DNA of 64,000 nt from an uncultured Bacilli bacterium (GCA_934153945.1 CAKPFM010000001.1:72128-136127), one strand, 5' to 3'. Shown: positions 49,656-60,565, counted from the stretch's first letter. Made by a program: numbers and translations. Notes: generated from the letters alone by a model not told the origin.

Positions 49656-50669
49656 TTATTTTGATACATCCAAAAATCCTAATCCTAAATGTAACTTATC
49701 TCCATTTAATAATCTTTTTTTCAACTCACTTTGTAAAGTTGTTTTTTCAGGTAAATCGTTATAATTAACTTCTCCAAGAACTTTATCAAAAACAAAATTT
49801 AAGAAATCATTTACATTTTCTTCATATTCTATAATATTAAATTTATTTTGAAATTTTAGTATATTACTATTTGTTGATAATATTTCTTTAACCTCAGGAC
49901 TTAGTAACCAAGTTTTTGTATAATATGCTAGTTTTTCATTTTTTAATTCTGGATAATATTTTTTTATATATTTATCAGCTAAACTAAATGATTCATTAAC
50001 ATCTTTTTCATTTAAATGAGTATCTCTAGGTATATGAATATAAATATATTGGTGTTTTTCTTCAAAGTATTTATCTAGTTTATTAAAATTTTTAACTCCA
50101 ACTTCATATTGCAACCTTCCAATTTGGATTAAATATCCCTTCATAAAGTAAGATCCCCAAATCATTTGACTGAATCTTATTCCATTAATACCATATTTAA
50201 TATTATCGTTCGTACAAGTTAGTTTAATATTATACTTTTGTAATTTTATTTGTTCTAAATCAAAATTTCTAGTTTTCATATTTTCAATATGAAATTTATG
50301 ACCACATAATAAAGCTACAACTGGAATCATATAACTACCATTATTTTTAAATACATTATTTGTCGATTTCCAAGACCATATATTATAATAATTTTTCATA
50401 TCTGCTACAAATAAAATATAATACATTATAAAACAAATTACATTTAACTTATTATCTTGTTTTAATATTCTTAACTCTTTATAGAATCTTTCTTTAAAAT
50501 CATTATTAAATTCATAATAAGATAATATTAAATTGAAATCATAATTATCTAACCATCTACAATTATATTGTTTTTTAATATATTCATAACAATTAATCCA
50601 TGAATAGGGAATATCTTCTAATGATATATATTTTGCTAATTCATCTATAGAATACATAACTACCTCCAA
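49656..50669 (-). CDS. hypothetical protein, 337 aa
   Basis: Long ORF with no recognisable family. Confidence 0.5.
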   Translation of the reverse strand: MEVVMYSIDELAKYISLEDIPYSWINCYEYIKKQYNCRWLDNYDFNLILSYYEFNNDFKERFYKELRILKQDNKLNVICFIMYYILFVADMKNYYNIWSWKSTNNVFKNNGSYMIPVVALLCGHKFHIENMKTRNFDLEQIKLQKYNIKLTCTNDNIKYGINGIRFSQMIWGSYFMKGYLIQIGRLQYEVGVKNFNKLDKYFEEKHQYIYIHIPRDTHLNEKDVNESFSLADKYIKKYYPELKNEKLAYYTKTWLLSPEVKEILSTNSNILKFQNKFNIIEYEENVNDFLNFVFDKVLGEVNYNDLPEKTTLQSELKKRLLNGDKLHLGLGFLDVSK

Positions 50670-50884
50670 TTATTTCATATAATAAAATTATACAATATTT
50701 CGGAAAGTTTTTCTATACGATTATTGATTTTCCTTAGAGTTTATCTTATAATCTATTTAACTAATGAGGGATATTTTTTTGATAAATTGTTTAAAAACTT
50801 TTTATAGAATATTTAAATTTTGTATTAAAATATAAAAAAGATAGTCTATTTATGATATAATATCTATTATGAGGAGAATTAAAT

Positions 50885-51505
50885 ATGGAAAGTGCTAAAT
50901 TAAGTAAAAACGAATTAATCGATTTGATTTTTTATAGTTTAAATGAAAATAATGTTGATATAAAAGATATTAATCGTTTAGAAATTGAATCTATCTTTGC
51001 AAACTATATTAGGCTTTGTAATGAATTTCAAACTTCTTGTGTTCGAGGAGAATTAGATACATTTAAAAGAGCAGCATGTTTGTTAGTTGCTATTAATAGG
51101 GGAAGACTATCTAAGAATAAAAGACTTAATGCTTCTATTGCATTAGACACAGCTTATAAAATGTGTGAAAAACCTTATTGGAATATTGGTGAAAATTTTG
51201 ATATTCCAAAAAAATTGGAAGAAGTTGAATTTAAAAAAGCCTTTGAAAATGATATGTATGTGTATAATAAATCTAAAGAGATGTTAATTGATTCATTAGT
51301 TTATGAAAACGGTTCACCAATAAATTATAATCTTAATTTAGAATTATTATATCAAGTGGCATTAGAATTAAAACATAATCCAGTTCAATCAATGAGTAGT
51401 GAAAGCCAAGAAAAAAGCATAGAAGAAGAATTATTTGATTCAGAAGTAAGAAAAGACATAGGTCGAAAAAGAAAATTTTTAAATTTCTTTAAGAAACCAT
51501 TTTAA
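50885..51505 (+). CDS. hypothetical protein, 206 aa
   Basis: ORF after RBS GAGGAG. Terminator at 51518..51552 (AAACTACTGA..TCAGTAGTTT plus T-run). Confidence 0.5.
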   Translation: MESAKLSKNELIDLIFYSLNENNVDIKDINRLEIESIFANYIRLCNEFQTSCVRGELDTFKRAACLLVAINRGRLSKNKRLNASIALDTAYKMCEKPYWNIGENFDIPKKLEEVEFKKAFENDMYVYNKSKEMLIDSLVYENGSPINYNLNLELLYQVALELKHNPVQSMSSESQEKSIEEELFDSEVRKDIGRKRKFLNFFKKPF

Positions 51506-51674
51506 TTTTTATATTATAAAACTACTGAAAGTTAATAAATCAGTAGTTTTTTATTCAAAAATTATTATGTTAATTTAAAAATACTATTTTAAAATTTTAA
51601 TGATAAGGTTATATCTAATTTATCAATATAAAGCTTTTTTTGTTTTATATTTGTACCAATAGCGATATTGGTAT

Positions 51675-52562
51675 TTACTTTGTTATTATTTCAATAAGTT
51701 TTTTTGTACTAAAATTAGGTACGTGATTCTTTGGTAATGCGATTCCTATATATCGACTAGGAATTTTTTCTTTTATAGTTAATTCAAATAATTCTTTGTT
51801 TTTTATTGCATCTTTAATATACTCTTTAGTTACATACCCAATACCAAGACCAATTTTGGAAAATTCAACAACTAATGAATAACTTGCTACTTCAATATTA
51901 GGTTTAAGAATAACACCATTTTTTCTTGCTATATTATCTAAAAATTCCCTAGTATTTGAACCTTTTCTTTGCAAAATTAAAGGATAATTATTTAAATCTT
52001 TTAAAAATATTTCTTTACCAATCAAATCTTGATATTTATTATTTACTACAAAACAATCATTTATCTTTCTACATTTAATAATATCAATATCATTATCATA
52101 ATTTTTATCATTTAAATTTAATACCATAATATCTATTAATCCATTTTTTAATTTTGACATTAAATCTGAAGGTAAACTAGTTATTATTTGTATATCTATT
52201 TTAGAATATAAAGAATGAAATTCTTCTAAATATGGAAGTAAAAATTCTTTTGTTAATGTCGTACTAATACCAATTTTTATACATCCCGTTTCTAGATTAA
52301 TAAGGTCTGTAAACTTATTTTCAGCATTATTAATGTATTCAATTGCTTGCTTTATATAATTATAAAATTCTTTTCCTTCTTCAGTAAGAATAACACCTCG
52401 TTTAGTTCTAACAAATAATTGACCTCCTAGTTGTTCTTCTAGATTTTTAATTGATTTACTAATTGCAGGTTGAGAGATATTTAACTCTTCACTTGCTTTA
52501 GTAATATTACAGTGATTGGCAACTACATAAAAAATTCTATATAATTCAAAATCAATATTCAT
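51675..52562 (-). CDS. LysR-family transcriptional regulator
   Basis: N-terminal HTH FYVVANHCNITKASEELNISQPAISKSIKNLEEQLGGQLFVRTKRGVILTEEG plus the LysR substrate-binding domain. Confidence 0.9.
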   Translation of the reverse strand: MNIDFELYRIFYVVANHCNITKASEELNISQPAISKSIKNLEEQLGGQLFVRTKRGVILTEEGKEFYNYIKQAIEYINNAENKFTDLINLETGCIKIGISTTLTKEFLLPYLEEFHSLYSKIDIQIITSLPSDLMSKLKNGLIDIMVLNLNDKNYDNDIDIIKCRKINDCFVVNNKYQDLIGKEIFLKDLNNYPLILQRKGSNTREFLDNIARKNGVILKPNIEVASYSLVVEFSKIGLGIGYVTKEYIKDAIKNKELFELTIKEKIPSRYIGIALPKNHVPNFSTKKLIEIITK

Positions 52563-52651
52563 AATAACCTCCTGTTATGGTAAACATAATAAATATGTAT
52601 TTTAATTATATCAAAAATTGTAATATAATACAAGCAGATGGGAGGAAAAGT

Positions 52652-53209
52652 ATGATTATAGGGATTTGTGGTAAGTCAGGTAGTGGTAAAAGTACATTGG
52701 CAAATCAAATAATAGAATTAAAGAATAATAAAGCTATTCATTTGGATATTGATAAAGTTGGTCATAGTGTATTACTACTACCAGAAGTTAAAAAAGAATT
52801 AATAAATTCATTTGGAGAGTCTATTGTTGAAGAAAATATTATTGATAGAAAAAAACTTGGTAAAATAGTTTTTGATTCGAGAAGCGAGATGAATAAACTA
52901 TCTGATATTACATGGAAATATATGCAAATAGAAATTGATAAGTTTTTAAAACTTAATAAAGATAAAATTATTATTTTAGATTGGATATTATTATCAATTT
53001 CAAAATATTTTGATATGTGTGATATAAAAATATTGTTAGACATTCCATATGAAGTGAGAAAACAAAGAGCAATGAAAAGAGATGGCATAACAGAAAAAGA
53101 ATTTGATTTAAGAGAAAAGGCAAGTATTAATTTTGATGAAAAAGCTTTTGATTATATATTAAAAGAAAATGATAAAGAAGTAGTTAAAAGGATGGTGAAA
53201 TTATTATGA
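52652..53209 (+). CDS. coaE: dephospho-CoA kinase
   Basis: P-loop IGICGKSGSGKST. ..FGESIVEENIIDRKKLGKIVFDSRSEMNKLSDITW.. follows the CoaE pattern. Lies directly upstream of and overlaps coaD. Confidence 0.7.
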   Translation: MIIGICGKSGSGKSTLANQIIELKNNKAIHLDIDKVGHSVLLLPEVKKELINSFGESIVEENIIDRKKLGKIVFDSRSEMNKLSDITWKYMQIEIDKFLKLNKDKIIILDWILLSISKYFDMCDIKILLDIPYEVRKQRAMKRDGITEKEFDLREKASINFDEKAFDYILKENDKEVVKRMVKLL

Positions 53210-53700
53210 CAAAAGTTTTATACCCAGGAAGTTTTGATCCAATCACAAAAGGACATATGAATATTGTTGAACAAGCAAGCAATCTATTTGATGAAGTGAT
53301 AATAGCAGTTATGCAAAATCCTTCAAAAAAATCTGGATTATTTACTTTAGAAGAAAGAATGGAAATAATTAAAGAATTATATAAAAAAATAAATAATGTA
53401 AAAGTTATTTCTGCTAGTGGAGCCACTGTTGATGTTGCTTTACTTAATGATTGTAAAGCAATTGTTAGAGGTCTTAGAAGTTTAAGTGATTATGATTATG
53501 AAGTTCAATTACAACAAATTAATAAAGAAATATCAAACAATAAAATAAATACAATTTGTTTGTTTGCAGATAAAGAATATCAATTTGTGTCATCAAGTAT
53601 GGTTAAAGAAGTTCTTAATCTTGATAAAGATATTTCAAGATATGTAGATCCGATTGTTAAAGAAAAAATATTAGCAAAGAAAAGAAGTTTAGTAGGATGA
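53206..53700 (+). CDS. coaD: phosphopantetheine adenylyltransferase
   Basis: Translation MTKVLYPGSFDPITKGHMNIVEQAS.. is the canonical PPAT (T/H)xGH motif region. Confidence 0.92.
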   Translation: MTKVLYPGSFDPITKGHMNIVEQASNLFDEVIIAVMQNPSKKSGLFTLEERMEIIKELYKKINNVKVISASGATVDVALLNDCKAIVRGLRSLSDYDYEVQLQQINKEISNNKINTICLFADKEYQFVSSSMVKEVLNLDKDISRYVDPIVKEKILAKKRSLVG

Positions 53701-54458
53701 GTAAAGTAATAATTACACCACTTGGCACAGTATCACCTTATACAAAAGAAAACATGAATTGCCCTGGATTTTTAGTTGAATATAATAATAAAAAAATATT
53801 ACTAGATTGTGGTAATGGTATAACAAGATTATTACATTTTCCAGAAAATTTAAAAGATTTAAGTATAATTATTACTCATTACCATAAAGATCATTTTGGT
53901 GATTTAGGTGCTTTACAATATGCATCTTATGTTTATCACAATTTAGGTTTACTTGACAAAAGAATTGAAATATATTTACCTAAAAATGATATTGCATTTA
54001 ATAAATCATCAATCATTTCTAATAATGAAAGTTATTCAAATTATTATGATATTGATAATTTATATTCATTTTTTATAGATGATCTAAATATAACTTTTGA
54101 AAATAATAACTCACATTCTATTGAATCATATATGGTTAAATTGCAAAACAGTGATTTTAAAATAATTTATACTTCTGATATAGGTACAACAAATTTAATT
54201 GGATTAATAAATTTCTGTAAAAATGCAGATTTAATAATTTGTGAGAGTTCTTTTTTACAAAAACATAATGCTAATAGCAAAACTCATATGACTGCTTATG
54301 ATGCTGGTATTTTAGCAAGTAAATCTAATGCCAAAAAATTATTATTAACTCATTTTTGGCCTGAAGAAGATAAAAAATTATATTTAGAAGAGGCAAAACA
54401 AAATTTTAATCATGTTGAAGTGGCAGAAGAGGGTAAGAAAATAATATTAAAAAGGTGA
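53697..54458 (+). CDS. MBL-fold metallo-hydrolase
   Basis: HxHxDH motif in IITHYHKDHFGDLGALQYA. Confidence 0.75.
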   Translation: MSKVIITPLGTVSPYTKENMNCPGFLVEYNNKKILLDCGNGITRLLHFPENLKDLSIIITHYHKDHFGDLGALQYASYVYHNLGLLDKRIEIYLPKNDIAFNKSSIISNNESYSNYYDIDNLYSFFIDDLNITFENNNSHSIESYMVKLQNSDFKIIYTSDIGTTNLIGLINFCKNADLIICESSFLQKHNANSKTHMTAYDAGILASKSNAKKLLLTHFWPEEDKKLYLEEAKQNFNHVEVAEEGKKIILKR

Positions 54459-54509
54459 TATTTTATTGAAAAATGTAAGCAAATTTTATTAAAAAGGAAT
54501 GATAGAATA

Positions 54510-55427
54510 ATGATAGATAAATTAAATAAAATGTATTTCAATGGCATAATAAGTTCATATGAAAATAACAAAAAAATAATTGATATGCACACTCATACCA
54601 ATTATTCAGATGGTGATTTATCACCACAAGAATTAATAAGATTAGCAATAGATAAAGGAATTGGAACAATTGCTATAACAGATCATGATACTATAGAAGG
54701 AATTAAAAATGTTAATAGAAGTGAGAAAATAATTCTAGATAGTGGAATAGAAATAATTAATGGAATAGAATTATCTGCAAAAGTAAATAGAGGAAGAATG
54801 CATATTCTAGGTTACGGAATTGACTTAAATAATAAAACTTTAAATAAAAAGATGGTAGATTTGAAAGATAATAGTATTAATTCAGTTTTATCTATAATGG
54901 AACAAATAAAAAGAGATTATGGAATTAGATTTAGCTATGAAGATATAAAAGAGTTAGTGAATTCTAATCATAATTTAGGTCGCCCAGATCTAGCAAAACT
55001 TTGTGTTAAATATGGATATGCAACTACATTATCTGATGCATTTGATAAGTATTTAATAGATGCACATAATAAAACACGACAATCAAACAAAGGATTACAA
55101 TACCAAGAATGTTTAGAATTAATTGCAAATAGTGGGGGAATTCCAGTTTTGGCGCATCCAAAATCGTTAGAATTATCAGAAAAAGAATTTTTAATATTAT
55201 TAAAAGAAATGGTTAGTTGTGGTTTAAAAGGTATTGAAGTATATCATTCAAGCCATTCAAAAGAAGAAATGAATTATTATTTAGAAATAGCAAATAAATA
55301 TGATTTGTTAATAAGTGGGGGTAGTGATTTCCATGGAAAAACTGTTAAACCAGATATTGAATTAGGAACTGGTAAAAATAACAATATTAGAATAAAAAAA
55401 TTATCATTACTTGATAGATTACATTAA
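54510..55427 (+). CDS. PHP-domain phosphoesterase (TrpH/YciV-like)
   Basis: IDMHTHTNYSDGDLSPQELIRLAIDKGIGTIAITDHDT, plus later His/Asp ligands. Confidence 0.8.
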   Translation: MIDKLNKMYFNGIISSYENNKKIIDMHTHTNYSDGDLSPQELIRLAIDKGIGTIAITDHDTIEGIKNVNRSEKIILDSGIEIINGIELSAKVNRGRMHILGYGIDLNNKTLNKKMVDLKDNSINSVLSIMEQIKRDYGIRFSYEDIKELVNSNHNLGRPDLAKLCVKYGYATTLSDAFDKYLIDAHNKTRQSNKGLQYQECLELIANSGGIPVLAHPKSLELSEKEFLILLKEMVSCGLKGIEVYHSSHSKEEMNYYLEIANKYDLLISGGSDFHGKTVKPDIELGTGKNNNIRIKKLSLLDRLH

Positions 55428-55689
55428 ATAATATTATTGTTATAACAATTATTTATCAAATTTTACTATTATGAGTTTCAAATATCTTTACTAAGAATAA
55501 ATTGATAAATTTTAGAAATATCAAAAAATGAAATTAGTATTTACATAAATAATCATCAAAAAAAGAGGAAAAATTATCAAAACGATTTAATCCTCTTTTT
55601 ATATTTTAAAATTTTTGAAATAAAAGTGTATTTAGTGATTATTAAATTTATATTTATGAATAAACAAATATTATATAATTATTATATTT

Positions 55690-56301
55690 TTATAAATTTT
55701 CTTTTATTTCTGGAAATAAGTCATACAAATTATATCCTAATAAATTATCAAAATAATTTTTTAATTTCATCGTTTCTATTAAATGATAATGGGTATTTTT
55801 ATATACACCATGTCTCAATAATAAATCCATTAACCTTTTTTCTATTGTCTGTAATTCAGTAGTACACATTAAATCACATAAATTAATAATTTTTTCATAG
55901 ATTGTATATTCTTGTAACAAATATTCTTTTATAAATGAATAATTTTTATTAGTTGAATCTGTATAATCTCTATCATTTGCTAAACAATTAATATCATTAT
56001 TCAAAAAAGAATGTTTAATACATATACCAGCATATTTATCATCGTATCCTAATGATTTTAAATAATTATATCCATTAATTGCATGGGGTATTACGCCTTC
56101 ATAACTATTTGTTCCAAATCTTTTTCCAATATCATGAACATATCCTAATGTTTTAGCATAATCTTCGTCTAAATTTAATGATTTAGCGATTACACCTGCT
56201 GTATTACCAACACAAATTGAATGTGTAATCCAATTATCATTTTTTACCATACCTTTACAATTATTTAATAAAGCTAATGCGTCTTTACAACTTAATTTCA
56301 T
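55690..56301 (-). CDS. HD-domain protein
   Basis: ITHSICVGNTAGVIAKSLNLDEDYAKTLGYVHDIGKRFG carries the H..HD..K motifs. Confidence 0.7.
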   Translation of the reverse strand: MKLSCKDALALLNNCKGMVKNDNWITHSICVGNTAGVIAKSLNLDEDYAKTLGYVHDIGKRFGTNSYEGVIPHAINGYNYLKSLGYDDKYAGICIKHSFLNNDINCLANDRDYTDSTNKNYSFIKEYLLQEYTIYEKIINLCDLMCTTELQTIEKRLMDLLLRHGVYKNTHYHLIETMKLKNYFDNLLGYNLYDLFPEIKENL

Positions 56302-56589
56302 TGATTTATTTCCTCCTTAAAAATATTATTTTAATTTTTTTTTACTTACATAAAAATTTTTGTGAGTGATATACTGCTTCACTTGAATGATTTTAAATAT
56401 ATTATATTATAAAATAGCAAAATTCTCTAGGTTTTGATTTAAATTTAATAACAATTTATATTTAGATATAAAAAATAGTTTATTAGATGATGTTTAAATA
56501 AAATTAATAGATTTTATATAGCTCATTTTTTTATTATTTTCATCAAAATGGAATATATCATAATTTAAGCTATTTTACTAATAAACTAA

Positions 56590-56657
56590 ATCAATTGAAT
56601 TTAAAAGTCAACAACTACATATATTGTCTAACTATGTAAAATATAATATTACTATCA
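56590..56657. repeat. ~70-bp intergenic repeat, copy 2 (see 49411..49479)
   Basis: aaatcaattgaatttaaaagtcaacaactacatatattgtctaactatgtaaaatataatatta, ~65 bp upstream of the gene at 56720. Confidence 0.5.
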
Positions 56658-56719
56658 TGTAATATTTGAAAAAATATTATAATTATAGTATAATTTATAT
56701 ATTGAATGGAGGATACGAA

Positions 56720-57166
56720 ATGAAGTTTATTAAAAACAATAAAATAATTGTAGCACTTTTATTAATAGCAGTCATTATGTTTTCAACTATATTAATACTA
56801 ATATTTAGTAATCTAAGCAGTGGTAATGACAAATATGGAAATCGTTTAGATAATATAGAAAACTATCCAATAAGTGAAGAAATAATAACAAATATAAAAA
56901 ATGAATTAACAGGATTAGATAAAGTTAGTTCTGTAAGTTATAATCTAGAAGGAAGACTTGCTAATTTCATTATAATGGTAGAAGATGATCTAACAGTCAG
57001 TGAAGCAAAAAATTATGCTGATAAAGTAATAGAACACTTTAGTGAAGACTTAAAAAGTTACTATGACATTCAAATTTTAATTGATAGTAATAATAATGAA
57101 TCAGAAAATTATCCTATAGTAGGGTATAAACACAAAACAAGCGATTCATTAGTATGGAAGCAGTAG
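56720..57166 (+). CDS. hypothetical membrane-anchored protein, 148 aa
   Basis: ATG after GGAGGA. One N-terminal TM helix. Confidence 0.5.
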   Translation: MKFIKNNKIIVALLLIAVIMFSTILILIFSNLSSGNDKYGNRLDNIENYPISEEIITNIKNELTGLDKVSSVSYNLEGRLANFIIMVEDDLTVSEAKNYADKVIEHFSEDLKSYYDIQILIDSNNNESENYPIVGYKHKTSDSLVWKQ

Positions 57167-57174
57167 GTGAAACA

Positions 57175-59208
57175 ATGAAAAAAATAATAGCTATTGTAGT
57201 GTCTATTTTAGTTGTATTACTAGGAAGTTTAGGAGTATATACTGTATTTTTCAAACAAGATAAAGATACTACATTAACCCTTATAGAAAAACAATGGATT
57301 GAAAATAATAAAAATAATATTATAGACTTAAGTATAGTTAATAATATTCCAGTTTTTAATTACAATGGAACAGGTTCATTATTTGATTTTATCAATGAAC
57401 TAGAAGAAAAAACAGGATTAGAATTTAATAAAATACCTTATTCTGTGACAAACGAAGCAAGTAGTGAATATGCATTTAAAATAACTGAAAACTTAGGAGA
57501 AAATGAATTACAAATATTTGCTGATGAATATGTAATAGCTACTAAAGAAAATATCAAATATGACAATTTAATGTCTATTCCTGATATTACGCTTGGTGTA
57601 ATGGAAAAAGATTTACAAAAAGTTAATTATTATTTACAAGAAAATAAAAATATTAAATTCATTACATATAAAGATATAAACGAACTAATTAAAGCATATA
57701 AAGAAGAAAAAATAGATGGAATTTCAGTTCCAAAAACATTTTATTTAGATCAAATAATAGAAAATGATTTAAATATTAATTATATTATTTCAGAAGCTAA
57801 ATCTTATTTAGTTTTACAATTAGGTAATAATGATAAACTAAATACAATAATAAGAAAATATTTAAACAAATGGTATAATGAAGCTTATGAAAAATCATTC
57901 GGCAATAATTTAACAGATTATTATTTCTACAAAAATGATGTAGATGATGATTCTAAAGTAGCTTTTAAATCAAAACAATACAAATATGGATTTATTGACT
58001 ATGCACCATATGATAAAGTTATCAAAGGTTCATTAGTTGGTATTAACAATAATATTATAACTGAATTTACAAAACTAGCTAATGTTGAAGTAAAATTCTA
58101 TGAATATAACAATATAGAAGACTTAGTTTCAAACTTCAATAGCAATAATATTGATATGTATTTTGATATATCAAGTATTGATAAATTTGAAATGGATGTA
58201 TATGATACAGTATCACCATTTGATGAAGAAATAGTTGTATTAAGTCATTCAGAAAATAAACAAACAATAAATTCTGTATACAGTTTAAAAGATAAAAATA
58301 TTATGGTGATTAAAGATAGTAAAATTGCTAATTTAATGCATAATAATGATATTGAAGTAAAAGAATTTAAAACATTAAATAGTATGTTAAACAACTTAGA
58401 TAAAAATTATTTAGTTATAGTAGATAAAAATGTATATAGTACATATAAAACAACTTCATTAAAAGATTATACAGATGTATATACATTTAATTTAAGTGAT
58501 AATTATAACTATAAAATCAGAGATATAAACGATAATAAAGTATTCGAAAACTACTTCAACTTTTACTTGTTATATGCTGATATACAAGAATATGCAAATA
58601 AAATAAACTACAAAATGTTTAATTTAAATGCTAAAAGTAGATTAGGATTTAACATTATATTAATAAGTTCATTAATTATTATAATAGCTGGATCATTATT
58701 ATTTATGAAATATAAAAAGAAAAATATTAAAAAAGCTGCTAGTGGAGTAAGCAAAGAAAATAGAATTAAATATATTGATATGCTAACTTCACTTAAAAAT
58801 AGAAATTACTTAAATGATTCAATTGAAAAATGGGATGAATGTGGTATCTATCCTCAAGCAATAGTTATAATTGACTTAAATAATATTACATATATTAATG
58901 ATAATTATGGACATGCTGAAGGAGATAGCGTAATAAAAGAAGCTGCTTCAATTCTATTTAATAATCAAATTGAAAATAGTGAAATAATGCGTACAAATGG
59001 TAATGAATTCTTGATATATTTAGTTAATTATGATGAAAAACAAGTTGTATCATATATTAAAAAATTAAATAAAGAATTAAAAGAATTATCACATGGATTT
59101 GGTGCTGCTAGCGGATATAGTATGATAAATGATGGTTTAAAAACAGTAGATGATGCTATAAATGAAGCAACACTTGATATGAAAACTAATAAAGAAGAAG
59201 CAAGATAA
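57175..59208 (+). CDS. membrane protein with extracytoplasmic solute-binding-like repeats and a C-terminal degenerate GGDEF domain (NGNEF in place of GGDEF)
   Basis: N-terminal TM, ~480-aa extracellular region and a second TM. Then ..AIVIIDLNNITYINDNYGHAEGDSVIKEAASILF...RTNGNEFLIYL, a diguanylate-cyclase fold with a non-canonical active-site motif. Confidence 0.65.
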   Translation: MKKIIAIVVSILVVLLGSLGVYTVFFKQDKDTTLTLIEKQWIENNKNNIIDLSIVNNIPVFNYNGTGSLFDFINELEEKTGLEFNKIPYSVTNEASSEYAFKITENLGENELQIFADEYVIATKENIKYDNLMSIPDITLGVMEKDLQKVNYYLQENKNIKFITYKDINELIKAYKEEKIDGISVPKTFYLDQIIENDLNINYIISEAKSYLVLQLGNNDKLNTIIRKYLNKWYNEAYEKSFGNNLTDYYFYKNDVDDDSKVAFKSKQYKYGFIDYAPYDKVIKGSLVGINNNIITEFTKLANVEVKFYEYNNIEDLVSNFNSNNIDMYFDISSIDKFEMDVYDTVSPFDEEIVVLSHSENKQTINSVYSLKDKNIMVIKDSKIANLMHNNDIEVKEFKTLNSMLNNLDKNYLVIVDKNVYSTYKTTSLKDYTDVYTFNLSDNYNYKIRDINDNKVFENYFNFYLLYADIQEYANKINYKMFNLNAKSRLGFNIILISSLIIIIAGSLLFMKYKKKNIKKAASGVSKENRIKYIDMLTSLKNRNYLNDSIEKWDECGIYPQAIVIIDLNNITYINDNYGHAEGDSVIKEAASILFNNQIENSEIMRTNGNEFLIYLVNYDEKQVVSYIKKLNKELKELSHGFGAASGYSMINDGLKTVDDAINEATLDMKTNKEEAR

Positions 59209-59258
59209 TTGCTTCTTTTAATATTTTGAGATATAATTATGGAAGAATAGAGGGATTT

Positions 59259-60080
59259 ATGAAAAAATATTTTACAAAATTATTCAACATAATTAGAATG
59301 AAAGAAATGAGAATATTACCAGGACACTTATCATACTTTTTAGTTATGAGTTTAATGCCTCTTGTGACTTTAATAAGTTTTATTACGTCATTATTTCATT
59401 TTTCTATAACCGAATTTACAGAATTTTTACTTAAATTTGTACCAACAGAAGTTGCTAATTTGATATTACCACTTTTTGATAATACAAATATGAGTTTAAA
59501 TTTATTATTAATGATAGTAGGTTTTTACATTGTTTCAAATGGTATGCATTCTATAATTTTAGTTTCCAATACTTTATATAAATCAGAGGAAGAAAATCCA
59601 ATTAAAATGCGTATAAGATCTTTATTACTAACCATAATATTAGTAAGTCTATTTTTCTTTACTTTAATAATTATGGCATTTGGTAATATGATTTTAAGAT
59701 TTATATTAAGTTTTTCAATTTTTGATGCTATATCGACTTATGTATACCAATTATTTGTATTTTTAAAATATCCAATAGCGTTTTTGATAATGTATATATT
59801 TATTAAATTATTATATACTTTATCTCCAGAAAAACGAATAAAAAGTAAATATGTTACAAAAGGAGCTATATTTACAACACTAGGATGGATAATAATGACT
59901 TCTTTATATTCTTATTATGCGAATAATATCGCACATTATGACTTATTTTATGGAAATATTTCAAATTTAGTAGTTTTACTTATTTGGATATATAGTATTT
60001 CATATATATTTGTTATAGGAATAGGTATAAACATAACTGAATACAATTTGGCAGAAAATACTACTGATATAAAAGCTTAA
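59259..60080 (+). CDS. YihY/BrkB-family membrane protein
   Basis: Family-typical start ..RMKEMRILPGHLSYFLVMSLMPLVTL.. and six TM helices. Confidence 0.75.
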   Translation: MKKYFTKLFNIIRMKEMRILPGHLSYFLVMSLMPLVTLISFITSLFHFSITEFTEFLLKFVPTEVANLILPLFDNTNMSLNLLLMIVGFYIVSNGMHSIILVSNTLYKSEEENPIKMRIRSLLLTIILVSLFFFTLIIMAFGNMILRFILSFSIFDAISTYVYQLFVFLKYPIAFLIMYIFIKLLYTLSPEKRIKSKYVTKGAIFTTLGWIIMTSLYSYYANNIAHYDLFYGNISNLVVLLIWIYSISYIFVIGIGINITEYNLAENTTDIKA

Positions 60081-60205
60081 AATACTCATATTAATAATGT
60101 ATGTATTTATTACCGTATATACAAAGCAGACTACATTTAGTACCGAAACGTTTTATATGAACCATTTAAGTATTAGTAATAGGTAATGCATAAGTTTACT
60201 ATACA

Positions 60206-60231
60206 AAAAGTCTCCCAAAAAGGAGACTTTT
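60206..60231 (-). terminator. terminator after rpmB
   Basis: GTCTCC-N6-GGAGAC. On the minus strand it is followed by TTTTTGT. Confidence 0.65.
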
Positions 60232-60250
60232 AACATTAAAAAAACTGAAA

Positions 60251-60445
60251 TTATTCATTAACTTCAGCTTGTTTTCTACTAGCTTTTCTAAGTGTTCTAA
60301 TTTCTCTTGTACTTAATACTACTTTTGTACCATCTTCTAATGTCATATTTTGTAAATTAACTTTTTGAGCATGTTTTGTAGCTCTAAGTGAATGTGAACG
60401 TCTATTTCCGAATAAAGCTTTTCTTCCAGTTACTTTATTAGCCAT
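60251..60445 (-). CDS. rpmB: 50S ribosomal protein L28
   Basis: Translation MANKVTGRKALFGNRRSHSLRATKHAQKVNLQ.. Confidence 0.95.
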   Translation of the reverse strand: MANKVTGRKALFGNRRSHSLRATKHAQKVNLQNMTLEDGTKVVLSTREIRTLRKASRKQAEVNE

Positions 60446-60565
60446 AATATCCTCCTTTTTAATAATTCCTATGCCTTATAACTTTATCATATATTTTAAA
60501 ATAAGTCAAATAGTTCTTTAAAAAAAAGTAATAATATAGTAAAATATTTATAAGGATGTGATAAT

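Noticed and set aside
52762-53426. Two minus-strand ORFs (108 and 80 aa)
   Set aside because: They are antisense to the coaE/coaD coding sequence and have no RBS.
55626-55862. 78-aa plus-strand ORF
   Set aside because: It overlaps the 3' end of the minus-strand HD-domain gene and AT-rich intergenic sequence. No RBS.
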